Origin: Phoronis australis
Taxonomy: Eukaryota; Animalia; Phoronida
Assembly (NCBI GenBank): GCA_002633005.1
Contig: NMRA01000066.1
Span: forward strand, 955,912 to 1,019,911
DNA: 64,000 nucleotides
Direction of reading: 5' to 3'
Part shown: piece after piece, positions 12,701 to 24,100 of the stretch
Numbering within the stretch: the stretch's first letter is position 1
Layout of the letters: each line of letters opens with the position of its first letter
Position numbers and translations under genes: made by a program
The notes under the pieces: generated by a model
Told to the model about the DNA's origin: nothing
The model's database searches: none
What the model saw: only the letters and a program-made list of their open reading frames with translations

Positions 12701-15700
12701 TTTAATGGTACTTAACAGATGTCAGCCTTGATTTCAACGAAGGTATGGCTCATAATGGCAAAAACTGATTTGTAATAAAATCATAAAAACACAACAAAAT
12801 TTGTTGTATTATAGCTACGGTCTGCAAATTACTTCAAGAATATATGTCCTTATCCCATTCAACAATAATCCTGAAATTGTGTTTTGGCAGCAAAAATGAT
12901 AACGTGTCTTTAACATTCACTAGAGACAACTTCAAAGTCTGAAAACAGAACAAAGATAACTTAATCAACTTAGCAACTTTAAAAAAATAGACTAAGCAAC
13001 TTCTGGAAAGAAATTTTCTTTTTCAAGTACATGTTGATACACACAATCACCACACTCCACCCGACCAGCAATTTGTCCCACAATGCACCACAAATTACCT
13101 TTTCCTCTTCCAGCAGTCGCTCAGCTTCCTCTTCTTCCTTTTTCTGACAAAACAACAAAACAAACGTGTAACACTGGACAGGTTTTCAACCAAAACGGCA
13201 ACAAAAGTAGACAGAGCTTTTACGGGTAGAACGTTGCTGTTCTCCAACTTCATCCTGATATAAAAACGGCTCATTTACCTTTTTCTTTATCTTACATTTT
13301 CTTCAAACATTAGTTTGTGTTTTATTCACTCCGAACTTGTCACCATACCTCCCTTATCGTACATTCATCCTCACGCCTTTTTAACCATCATCATTCACAC
13401 CCACCCTGCCATCCTTTTACTTATTCCTTCCCACTTCACCTCAACAAATGACCAGTGACAAGATTCCCCATTTTACCATAATGATTCTACTCTTCTCTGC
13501 CCTCTTCTTGCCAAACCATCGCCTCATCCCACCTCAACAAACCCCCCAGTGACAAAACTTCCCACTTTACCTTCCTCTCTTCCTCAGCCCTCTTCTCCTC
13601 TTCTTCTCGTCGTATCTTCTCCTCCTCGCGTCTTCGTTCTTCCTCTTCCCTTCTAGCCTCTTCCTCGAGCCTCTTCTTCTCAGCCAGCTCTTTTCGTTTC
13701 TTTTCCTCCTCCGCTCGTTTAGCTTCCAGCTCTGCTCTTGACAACTTGGGTTCGGACCTGAGTTCATTGTGAATTTTGATAACACGCTTACCTTTACATG
13801 TCGATTTTCTGAAAAACTTAGACTTTTTTGATGGAATGAAATTCAACAGTCGATCTGCTAATACATATACTATAATAACATAAAAATTGCAGAAAATCTC
13901 TAAAACAAAACTGTGGAGAAGTCTAATAATCATAAGTAATTATGATGAGTGAGCCAGTTGTTAGAGAATGAAATCACATCTAACTCAGGGTGCACCACAT
14001 TCAGTCACCTCTCACTAATTTTTTCAACATTTTCGAGAATGTAAAAACAAACTAGCATGACATGACGATGCCCTATGAAATGATGCCGTGTTTTTAGACA
14101 TTCCAATTGCCATAGGTATTTAATATGAAAATTTAGCATCAAACTTCTATGAAAGCTCATAAAAAGAACTATCGACATTTCTACCTTTCCTTGTTAGTTC
14201 TGGACTTTTCATCAGATTTGTGGCTGTCCTTGGTATCCCTTGAGCTTCAAAAGAAAGCAAATAATATAGTGCTAACACCATGATGAGTATTTTTGTTGTA
14301 TACTTGGTAACAACTCACTTACAGGGGTCCCACGTTTTTCAGAACCAGTTTTCTCCACTTAATAATGGGAATCAAACTGGTCCTCAAAATCCGGGGCCTT
14401 TGCAACAGGCTATTGGTATTCCGTATGGTCCATAATTACTTCATATTTGGAACACGTGCGGCCAGTAGTTTTTCACATCAATGCAGTGTCAGAGAAAATA
14501 AAACTAAATTAATTTTGTAAATGGTTTTCCTAATCTTTACTTTTCCAGTAGCAAAGTCTAACACTTTATAATTAATAAGCAAAACTTGTATGCCGTGACT
14601 TCACTAAAGACCGAACACACAACACTTCCATGGAACACGAATGTGGAGTTAAAGTTGGCATACCCAATTATCACTCACCACCTCTTGGTTAAACTCATAT
14701 GTTCCGAGAAGGTGAAAAAGTGTTCCCACAATTGTGGTGAGAGAACGAATGCGCCATTGGAACTCCCCTCCCACTCTGGTCACCAATCATTCCACCACTC
14801 TCCCCAGTCAACAATCATTTAAACAGCCAACAAACCTAAGCCTTCTGTCACAAAGGGACTTTGGACTTAACATAAACCACTTACCAAGATAAAAACGGCT
14901 TTATTTTGTTAATTACTGAAAATTAAAAAAAATTCTAGGCTTCATAAGAGCTGACAGTTCATTATTTCTTTACAGATCAAGCTCGTGAAGTTTGCTTGCC
15001 ACGGTGTTTTAGTTTCAACCACCCTGTGGCAATACGGTGTTCTAAGCTTTTTACTGCAACCAAGTTCAACCCAAGCAAAGGATATGAGCACAACAGTGAC
15101 TGTATACCTAACTTAAAAGGGCGAGTATCATTCCCACCGCCCCTTAGTTACACCTCCAAAACCCTCACCTGGACTTCTTTGACGTGTCTGCTCTTCCTTG
15201 CTTGGAGCTTGCACTTTCCCCGGCCTTGCTCCCCTTCTGTTTCTCACTCCTCCTTTCATCCTTAGGGCCCGTCCTTGCGTTGTTATTATTGTTCAATCCC
15301 TTGCCCTCTTTCTGCTCCACAGACTCGCCCTTTCCTGGCTTCTTTTCAACACCAGAACTTGGCTTTGATTGCCTATCTTCCTTTGAAGGAGCGTTATTTT
15401 CCACTTTCTTGACCGGCTTAACACTTGAGCTGTCAAAATCCTTGGAGGGTGATTTTTCCACATCATCACGGCGCGTCACCTGCCTCGGTCCCCAGCGTGT
15501 CTCGCCATATTTCCCAACTCCTCCACCACTTTTGTCTGTTCGTTTTTCTCCTTTTGCAGAATTTCTTGTGCTTTCAGCATTAGGTTGTCCCTTTTCAGAA
15601 CGACCAGTCTTGTCCAAAGGCGACTTATTCGGTTTGACATCTTTCGGTTTCTCTGTGGGTTTGCTATCGTTTGCTGAGGTCACATTATTAGAATCTCCAC

Positions 15701-15869
15701 CACTATCTGCTGGGTTAGGCTTCTGATTGGTGGACTGGTCTGGCTCGTCATTGGCCACTTTGCTATCACGATTTCTGTTTCCTGGCCTATGAGCAGAGTA
15801 CCGTTTACCACCTCCGCCACTTTTCTTTTCAGGACTCACTGACCTGTCTCTGTCTGACTGATCACTCAT
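708..15869 (-). CDS. UPF2: Regulator of nonsense transcripts 2 (UPF2), 5' part (about 758 aa in window: N-terminal low-complexity region, coiled coil, MIF4G-1, acidic linker); continues beyond the left edge
   Basis: Frame-consistent GT-AG exons on minus: 15869-15169, 14244-14185, 13757-13571, 13143-13099, 12494-12410, 12242-12166, 11640-11560, 10315-10166, 9000-8783 (second copy 6321-6104), 8513-8471 (5835-5793), 7090-6866 (4992-4768), 4093-4054, 3528-3467, 2874-2788, 2169-2109, 860-708. Peptides recognisable as UPF2: LDSSLKKNTAFVKKL, LNLTKYIGEV, VEAKLKMSD..CSLLHQRY, KLRVDLRFFAEL, FCKHCGDDYAGLLPR, NRRILHTKGEL, DLLDEDMPDLP, EDEETRMFYENLPDLKVLVPAILYKD. Confidence 0.96.
4763..9541. repeat. Tandem near-identical duplication (4763-6859 / 6861-9541) joined by a single N; probable uncollapsed haplotypes containing three UPF2 exons
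   Basis: Copy 2 begins immediately after N6860 with the same sequence as 4763, and copy 1 ends with the same sequence as 9541. The copies differ by SNPs and indels. Confidence 0.85.
9694..10037 (+). mobile_element. Internally deleted DNA transposon (ISL2EU/Harbinger-like or P-like) with a THAP-domain remnant
   Basis: 20-bp TIRs agggccgtccccgattacac (9694-9713) and gtgtaatgtgggatggccct (10018-10037), 17/20 match. Internal 9820-9960 encodes MPMKYYCYAVGCNSD..KYP..VKFFTF, the N-terminal half of a THAP finger. Confidence 0.65.
14321..14402. mobile_element. About 80-bp hairpin MITE, family copy A
   Basis: Matches the reverse complement of 39991-40070 (caggggt..ttttcagaaccagttttctccact.aataa.ggg.atcaaactgg.tc.caaaatcc). 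Confidence 0.65.
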
Positions 15870-16185
15870 TGTCCTGTAACAAACAGATGGAGATGGATGG
15901 TCAGTATTTGAGTTAGAAAAAAGACATCCCAATTCCTGAAAGAATAATTGCTCAAAATTTGTCATTTCTCTGGTTGGTCTATCAAATACCATTTAAAAAG
16001 GGATGTATATCTTTTGCTTATTTTCAACCTTTGTGAAAGTTTTCACATGTAACAATACGTAAGGAATAGTGCCTCACGAAAAAGAATCGAGTTTCTACAT
16101 TTCTAACCTGAACATTACAAGCAAATCAATGTTTATATATTACATTGTCCCTTCCATCACATTAAAAACCTCAAAAACTGTCTGT

Positions 16186-16750
16186 GTGTTGTGACACAGG
16201 ACTTGTGTGAAGTACAGCCAGATAAAGCCTCTCTTAGTTGCTTGCCAACTGGCAATTGCCTTTTGGCTGATTAAGTTATAGACAATCTGCTCTCACACGT
16301 GCAACCTGGGTTCAAGTCCCGATGTCAGAGAAATTTTCTCTATTGACGCCCAACTAAGGAAAAATCCATGATTAACCCTGAGATGTATATTTGTTGTGAG
16401 TGGCAAATGGAGAGGGTATCGGCCTGGTGGTGGTGGATCCAGGGCACAAGGAGCATTGGTGATGGCAAATTCCAGTACACGGTAGTGTTGCTGGGGGCAA
16501 ATTCCAAGACGCTAGGGTAGGGTGTTGCTGAAATCTGCAGCTGTGCAGCCAGGAGGCGCACCTGTTTACCACAGACGGGGAGCAGTGTTGCGACACGTGA
16601 CTTCCGGGTGACACTTACAGTAAAATAAAAACCCTCTAAGTTGCTTGTCAAATGGAAATTGCCTTTTGGCTGAACGGTTAAGACACTAGGCCAGGCTGTC
16701 AGTGTCACACGTGCAACCCGGGTTCAATTCAAGTCTGAGTCGGAGAAATT
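16186..16750 (+). repeat. About 400-bp-period direct repeat with tRNA-like (Pol III A/B box) segments in UPF2 intron 1
   Basis: 16186-16335 aligns with 16585-16750 (agttgcttg..aattgccttttggctga..tcacacgtgcaacc.gggttcaa..gagaaatt). A-box-like TGGCTGAACGG and B-box-like GGTTCAATTC / GGTTCAAGTCC. Confidence 0.6.
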
Positions 16751-16965
16751 GCCAGCCATTAGCTTTAGCGGATTGAGATCGATTTTATATAAGTAATACA
16801 AAGCCCAATTCAATCTCCTTTCTTGCCATCTAAACAAGGCCAGATGCAAAATACAGTTTTATTGTAGTTTTGCAATCTCATTCAGCACTGATGAGTGACC
16901 CAACTTTCTGAAATTGAAAATTGAAATTTTGTTCTGGAAAATGATCTTCAAGAAGCTGAACTTAC

Positions 16966-17130
16966 CGTGTCAATTCAGCTTATTCCGTGCATATCAGTCA
17001 CTATCATCCAAAATTTGCAGGTGTCACTGCGATTCTGGACTCACCTGCAACTTTCATACCGTAAACAAAATACAAAATGCACCAAATTCACATTTTAGCA
17101 AATCAAAACAATCCGTGTTGTGACTTCTAT
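16966..17130 (-). other. UPF2: Putative non-coding first exon of UPF2 (two candidate donors)
   Basis: Minus-strand donors CAG/GTGAGT (exon end 17045) and ACG/GTAAGT (exon end 16966). The ATG exon starts at an acceptor only 4 nt before the ATG (15873), so an upstream exon is needed. The start site is approximate. Confidence 0.55.
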
Positions 17131-17375
17131 CCAATATGGTGGCCGCGCAGGAAGTGATTATTATGAGCCACGGAGCAAAGAATGAAACGGGGAACATATA
17201 AAACACAAATAATGTGACAGATTTTGTCAATTAATAGCTTAAATACACATAATAAATCTTCAAATAGACTATAATAATTTCTGAAACCAGCACGTTTCAT
17301 TGAAATTGCACTTTGAAAACTGACTTTAGATGTCGCTGTCATCTATTTGAAGCGCGGGAAATTTATTATTTGGAA
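17125..17375. promoter_or_regulatory. Bidirectional promoter shared by UPF2 and MCM10
   Basis: About 250 bp between the divergent first exons. CCAAT/YY1-like CCAATATGGTGGC and ETS-like CAGGAAGTG at ~17131-17157; TTTGAA (CHR-like, 17346-17351) directly followed by GCGCGGGAAA (E2F site, 17352-17361) on the MCM10 side. Confidence 0.65.
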
Positions 17376-18165
17376 ATGCTGCTGAACCTGAGAGTGGATC
17401 AACAAATTTTATCACTGTTCTAGGTTTGTGGGAATCGGCACATTGGTTTACAATGTAAAAACACTCTTGGTCATTTTGTTAATCTGTTGTATGAAGCCAT
17501 CATGGCAGCAGTTGTGTAGTGAAAAATCACCTAATGTATTGCAATTTTCGAACCTCAGCCCAGAAGAAGGACCTAGCCAGCTAGCTAGCTGTATGAAGAC
17601 TGTCGTCAAAATATGCATACGTGACAAGACCACATGTAATCTGTTTGGATTGGTCTGGGTGAAAAGTGAATGAAACCTAAAATTTGACATTAATCAAAGG
17701 CCATTAAAAAACTGCACTGTAGTCGTATATAGTGGTCCTTGACTCTTGAGGCTTGATTTTGAGAACTACAACTAGGCAATCAATGAACTGGACTGTTATT
17801 CAGTGCATGAAGCTGGTTCTCCCAATCAAGGACCACTTCATTCAAGTAGTGCCTTACATCAAGGTCTTAAGAGAGTGTGGATAAGTGTTCTGCAAAAGCA
17901 AAAATCTTTCAATTTAAAAATTTGACCAAGCGTTGTCATCACAGACTTGAAAGTGTCAATCCCTGCTTAACATTGCAAATTTTTTTTATAATTTGATGTG
18001 AATTTTTTGGGCCTGATGAGGGAATTTTTGCATGATTTTCATATACTTGTTGGGGAAATAGGACCGATATCCAGCCCCAAAACGAGGCATCAAGAGCCCT
18101 ATGTTGATGATTTCTCTAACTTGTATTTCAGCACTGGATGTGAAAGAAGAATCTCATCGAGCATC

Positions 18166-21100
18166 ATGTCTGGTAGGCGTTAAAAATGTTTCTTGTACTC
18201 AGGGAGAGTCTTTGTTCACTATTATTAACATTTGTTGTACTTTTTACTCAAAATGCCATATGAGTAAATATTTCTTGCCCCAGGAAAATAGTCATATTTC
18301 ATGCAGACAACGTAGCCATACCTCCCTGTGAACTACGCTGGGATGACTGTGCTTTGGTGTTTAGTGTTTATAGTAATCTGTGTAAGCTCTCTAGGGTGAT
18401 TCTACAGCCTTTGTCCTTTCGTTCAGAACAAAAGCAGAACTTCCGTATATTAAACTCTTCCGAGAAGGGTATTCATTTCCGACTAATTGAAGAGGGTGAT
18501 GAAATAATGTCTATTGAGCTGTCATGTAGACACAACTAATGGCTGCAGTACATACGACATCTATTGGCAGTTAACTAAGCTAATGACTAGTTATTACACA
18601 CTGTCGTTATTTTTGTTGGCAATGGATGGGACAATTATTGAATTGAGGTGAGAAAGCACCTCAATTTAAAAAAAAACAAAAAATCTCCAGTTTGTCATAA
18701 CTACCACGTTCTGGCTGGTGCTAATGTTTGTGGCATGTTAAGGCATTTTTCATTAGTATTTTGAATTTGTAATTGCGGGGCCTTTCAAAGCTCTCGTTTT
18801 AACTTTTGTTGTAGTAATTCTATGGCTAAATACCACTCATTTATGAATGCATTGAGTTACCTTTTTATTTCAGATGAAGAATATGATTTCGACCAGCTGC
18901 AGGCTTTTCTAGATGAATCGGATGATGAAGACGAATATCCTGTTAAAAGTAGTGCAGGTATACAAATAATTATTATGATGTAAACTAATTTTCCTGCTTT
19001 GACCGATTTTGGAGAACAGTGCAAAATTGTAGTGTCTCAAAGTTCATTTAAATCTGCCCTGTCATATTTGAGACTACATGATATTTGAAAGCAAGTCAGA
19101 CTTGAGAAATTTTTGTGAGATTACTCATATGGGGGCCAAAAAGCTTCCTGGTTTCCACCATGACTCATTTTGAGACCTATTCTAACCCACTAAACAAAAA
19201 AAAAACAGCCACCTGCATCAATATCAGCCTAGGTTTCGTGTTTTTGATGAAAGCCTACACCAAGCCAAGTAAGCAAGATTTGAAATGGCATTATTTGCCA
19301 AGCGACGAGTAAAAAACAAATCCCCACATTATTTTTTGCTCATCTGGGATAGATTTTTTAGTAGGTGAGCAACTAAAAATATACCCTACAACTGACTTGA
19401 TTTGCAAACCAAAACAAAACAGACCAGAACCAATTATATTTTTTAGACCTAACCTTCAGGTTAATTTCTCAATTCTCATTATAGGCACGGAACTCAGTTC
19501 TCCAACAAATATGAGAGATGCACCTGATGATGACCAAGCACTATTGGCTGAAACAAGCAAAAGTGTTGATAGGGATGATAGTGAGGATGAAATTAGAAGC
19601 ACAGAAAATGTTTCAGGAGAGTTGTATGTAGATGATATGCAGCCTTTCCTGGCATCATCTGATGAAGATGAATTTTATGGTGAAACGAGAGAAGATAACG
19701 CTCTTGAAGTAGAGAGAAATTTAAAGCACAATTGTTTAAAAAGTGTTGATGAGTCATCTGGTATGGCATTTGTTAAAAGGAGCCAAGAAAAGGACACCTT
19801 TAAATATGGAAAAACATCCAAAGCCAATGGCTCAAAAAGCACTCTCGTAACTGAAAATTTGAGTTTGGATGTAATACAAGGATTCCATGATGCGTCAGAT
19901 GACGAAGACATGTCATTGGCTGAAACAAACCAAGATAACCAAACTTTTAAAGTTGAAAAATTAGCCAGCAACGGTGTCTCAAAAGGTTCATGTGTCGTGG
20001 AAGACTTAGATGCGGATGCCATGGAAGCATTTCTTCATGGGTCTGATGACGAAGACAGGCTATTGGCTGACAGGAATGGAGAAAATGAAGCACAGAATGT
20101 TGAAGAAATATCCAAGGACAGTGTTAAAAAAAATGCGAATATGTCGGAAGATTTGGATGTTGATGGTATCCAAGAATTTCTGGATGCGTCAGATGACGAA
20201 GACATGCTGTTGAGTGATAATGCCAGTGGCCAGTCCGGCTTGATGAACCAGAAAGACCTGATTGATCAGAAAAGAGGTGCATTGAAGAGTGGTGTTAAGA
20301 TTGTAGATAAAACAGTCCATGTGAAGTTAGGTGGACATGAAGATAGAAGTAAAATGGGTCAAGGTAACTACACCACATGCTGTAGAAAATAATCGGACAA
20401 CATTATCCAACTTTCCCCATTTAGTAATATAAAAATAATTGCAGGCGGTCTGATTCACGTTGTACCAGACATGCGCAGGCCTCACATGTGGGCCCATTGC
20501 ACTGATCACCTGGAAATATTTTTATGCTTTATTGATATATGGTTAAAACCGAGCTGAAGAGCTAGAAACCTGGCTCAAGGGTTTAGCAGTGTGACCTGAT
20601 GTGACTCGAATCCACAACCTCGAGAAATGAAAACGGGCACTTATCAACCAGGCCACACTGTCTCCTCGACTTTCCCCATTGGGATAAGCACAGGTGGAAT
20701 TTCCATCAAGATGGCTGAGTGTAATTTTCCGGAAAGTAGCTGAAAAGTCGTTATAAGTTATAATTTTGTCCGATTATATTTTATACAGTTGATGAAACTT
20801 TATATTGATTTTTTAATGTTTGCAACAGTCCAGCAAATTATGTAGGCTACAACAGTATGTGAATAACATGCTTCACATATTATACAGAGTTGACGCTTCA
20901 ATGGACTTGCTAACTTGAAATGCGTGTGCTTTATACGTGAACTCGTTATCATTTTGCGTTTCTAACAGATTTGTTGTGTTTTGCTCTCATTAATTTGCCT
21001 AGTACTTCGTTAAAATATTCTTGCTAGATATTTTAATGAAGTTTGTTTGGTTTGGGCTATCACTGCGGAATGCTTTTTACACTCGGGCAATGGTCAACTT

Positions 21101-24100
21101 ATCTTGACATATTTTTCTTCACCAAAAGGTTTATTAGTTCTCTTTGAGTTTAGATAAATCCAAGCATCCTCACTCTGCAGAGTTGCCACAGTCAACTGAT
21201 GAACCAAGTAAAGACGAGTTAAAAGGTTTGTATCTTTTATTTATTTTCGAGGAAATCCTGTTACCATAAGATGTCTGATTGGATATCTGCTTCATACGAT
21301 GTTGCTCATAAGTGTCCAACGAACAACGTTGTGCTATAGGCACAACAAGTATGTCGCCCTACTGAGGTAGTCTATGAGATTCCGCCATCTTGGTTCCAAC
21401 ACTTGCCACTTCTCTATGGGAAATCACAATGGGTCAGAGTTTAACTGGAAAGTCAACAGATACACTGTAACATGCCTGATAATAGGCTAGTCTGTGTTGT
21501 TCACAGAGGTAGTGGCATGGGTTTCAGATTTTAAAAAGCTATTGTAGTTGAACTTTGCCAGTTTGAACAAATTTGTTAGCGCAAGTGAGCACACTTCTTC
21601 TGACAAGTGATTTTCGTGTAGATTTTAACAATCCTTTTACTAAAATGAGATAATATTGCTCACATATTCCACACATACCAGAGGTGCAAGTAATACCAAA
21701 AGTACTTGTACAGACCTTGTCTCCTAAGGTGTCTCCCGACGGGCGGCCATTCGTACATCCTCTCTTTAGTTTCCTGCACAAACACTTGATGGAGTTACTG
21801 TTGCAGGATCCATTGTGTTTTCTGGGTTAATCAAATTTCGATCTTAATTTGTAGTAAGCTCTATTTTGACTCATTGTGTGCGCTTGCCTGATTGCTGCAA
21901 CATGGTGGCCAACCATGTTCACAAAGCCTGTTGCATATTACAGTAAACTTCCTTCAATTTTTTTACTGTCAAAGGCTTACTGCATCACTGCAACATTTTA
22001 CTAATTGTTTGGTGACAGTTGTAACATACATGTCTGTGGAGAAACTGGACAAAATAAATTTCCACTTGTCTGCCATAGTGTGTCCTAGATTGAATATATT
22101 TTGTCATTATTGGGAAAATAATGTTTTTTTTTCTAGCAAAACTAAAACAGATGGAAGAAGAAATGATAAGAATGAGAGAGATTCTAGAAAAATCGTCAGA
22201 TGTCTCAGAATCAACATTGTCTAAAGCATCAGACAAAAAGATTGATTCGTCTGAAAATTTCCCAAGCAAATCGTTGCCAGACAGCCACCTAAAGATGGGT
22301 GGTGATAAACACTCTCAGATTGAGTCCTCAAAAAACAATCGAAGCAGTCGACATCTCTTGAAAGAAATGGATACAAATCCATTCTTTAATGAAACTAGTG
22401 GGGAAAATGAAGATCTGGAGCCAGTAAAACAGTCTGAGCTTGACCAGGCATCGTTTAAATCCTCAAAAAACGCTACGGAGGAAGAGATAGCTTGTTTTGG
22501 CAGTGACAGTGAGGACGAACTTCAAGAATTAGGTAAATTGAAATTAGTATTATCAATAATGTTTGTGAAGTTCTGAAAAAATGAAGTATGGTCGATAACC
22601 CGGATCTTTCTTGATATGGGTCAAAATCTGCAGTCTAAGACAATATTTCATGACATGAAAAATTTCAAAACTTTCGCATTAAAATAATTTGCTGATAATA
22701 GATATGCTTCATTTTTCAAAAACTTTATAATTGTGAATGTCCACAATTTCGCAAAACATTTTCTGAAAGTAGCTATGGTGTTGAGCTAAGAGATGATGAA
22801 TTATTTATTTCGTTCTTATGATTTTGATAAAAAAGCGAAAAGAACTTTTGTCTACTATATTTTGTCTTAAATTGTGAGAATTTACCATTGCTTGGTCTTT
22901 TCTATAAAACCGCAATGCCTGACTAACAATTACAGTGGCATACTTTTGCTGTGCCTAATTTGTTTTCCTTTATTTTCAAGAGGAAAAATATCGCCTAAGT
23001 AAACGAGGAAAGGAAATTGACGTGTTACTAAAGTCGGGAGAAAGGCAAAGAACAGCTCATGTTCCAAACTATGATGTGTCGAAAGTGTTGCCAAATAAGA
23101 ACAGGCAAACATGTAAGGATATTTACTGAATATATTTAGTTAATTGGTAATTTGTTGTGTGTTGGCCAGTTGACCTATCACAAGCCCCGCCCCCTTGCAA
23201 AATGTCGACAAACAAACAATAAGTTTTACCTGGTAAAATGTTGTTTTGTCCAGTAAAATGCAGACTTGGAAACGAAAGTGTGTCAAGAATGCTGAATTTT
23301 AATTGGTCGGTTAAGCTGTCACTCAAAATCCTGGTGAAAGATCAATTGTGTCACTGTAAATGCATGGCACGAGTAAGATACTTGTGGTATGAACTCTCCC
23401 CCACGGAACATAAACAGAATTTTCCCTTATTATTGAATATTCCATTCTGGCTGACCCATCATTTCGGTATCAGTCATTTTGCTAGTGTAGGTAAGTTAGG
23501 TTTCTGGGCTTACTTGTGACAATTTTCAATCGTGTGATTTTTTGTGTGGTCTTTCATGATCTCTCCTTTCAAGAGACTTGCTCAGTTAAACTGGCCTCAC
23601 TTGGTAGAACTTTTTTAGGCAGCATCTGAACCACTAAATATGTCTGACCTGACCAACGCTAAGGAAACAATGATACATTGTAACAGTTCCTAAATTCGTT
23701 CACTGCCAAGTTATAATTACTAGTTACAATTAAATTTTGAGGATTTGTAGAGCATATGGGGCAGTTACTATAAACACTGAAAATTTATTATTGGTTGGTG
23801 TATTGTTATGAAATTTGCAGGCTGAGGTGCGCATTTATATTATTTCATTGTATTATTTTCAAAATTACGACATCTTGCATTGTGGCGGGTAATTGTTTGG
23901 TAGAGTATTTAAGATTCCAGCTGAAAAATTATACATCAGTGGTCATGTCCCTGCAACCCCAATGCATACCTCATTTGTCATCTGACATTTCAAACTTGGA
24001 TCCCGTATAAGAATGGTTTTTAAACCTCTTTTGTCTAAGAGCTTTCATGACCTTGGTGGAGAAGGAGCAAGTGTGACTAACCAATTCACTGATCGGTACA

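Noticed and set aside
15184-15726. 180-aa plus-strand ORF, and similar ones at 679-932 and 19675-20022
   Set aside because: Antisense shadows of low-complexity UPF2 and MCM10 exons.
16255-16330. Functional tRNA gene (also 16660-16745)
   Set aside because: A/B boxes are present but no clean cloverleaf; the segments are embedded in a repeat.
16888-16920. CTGATGA...GAAA as a hammerhead ribozyme core (also minus strand near 53420)
   Set aside because: Stems II and III cannot be formed by eye.
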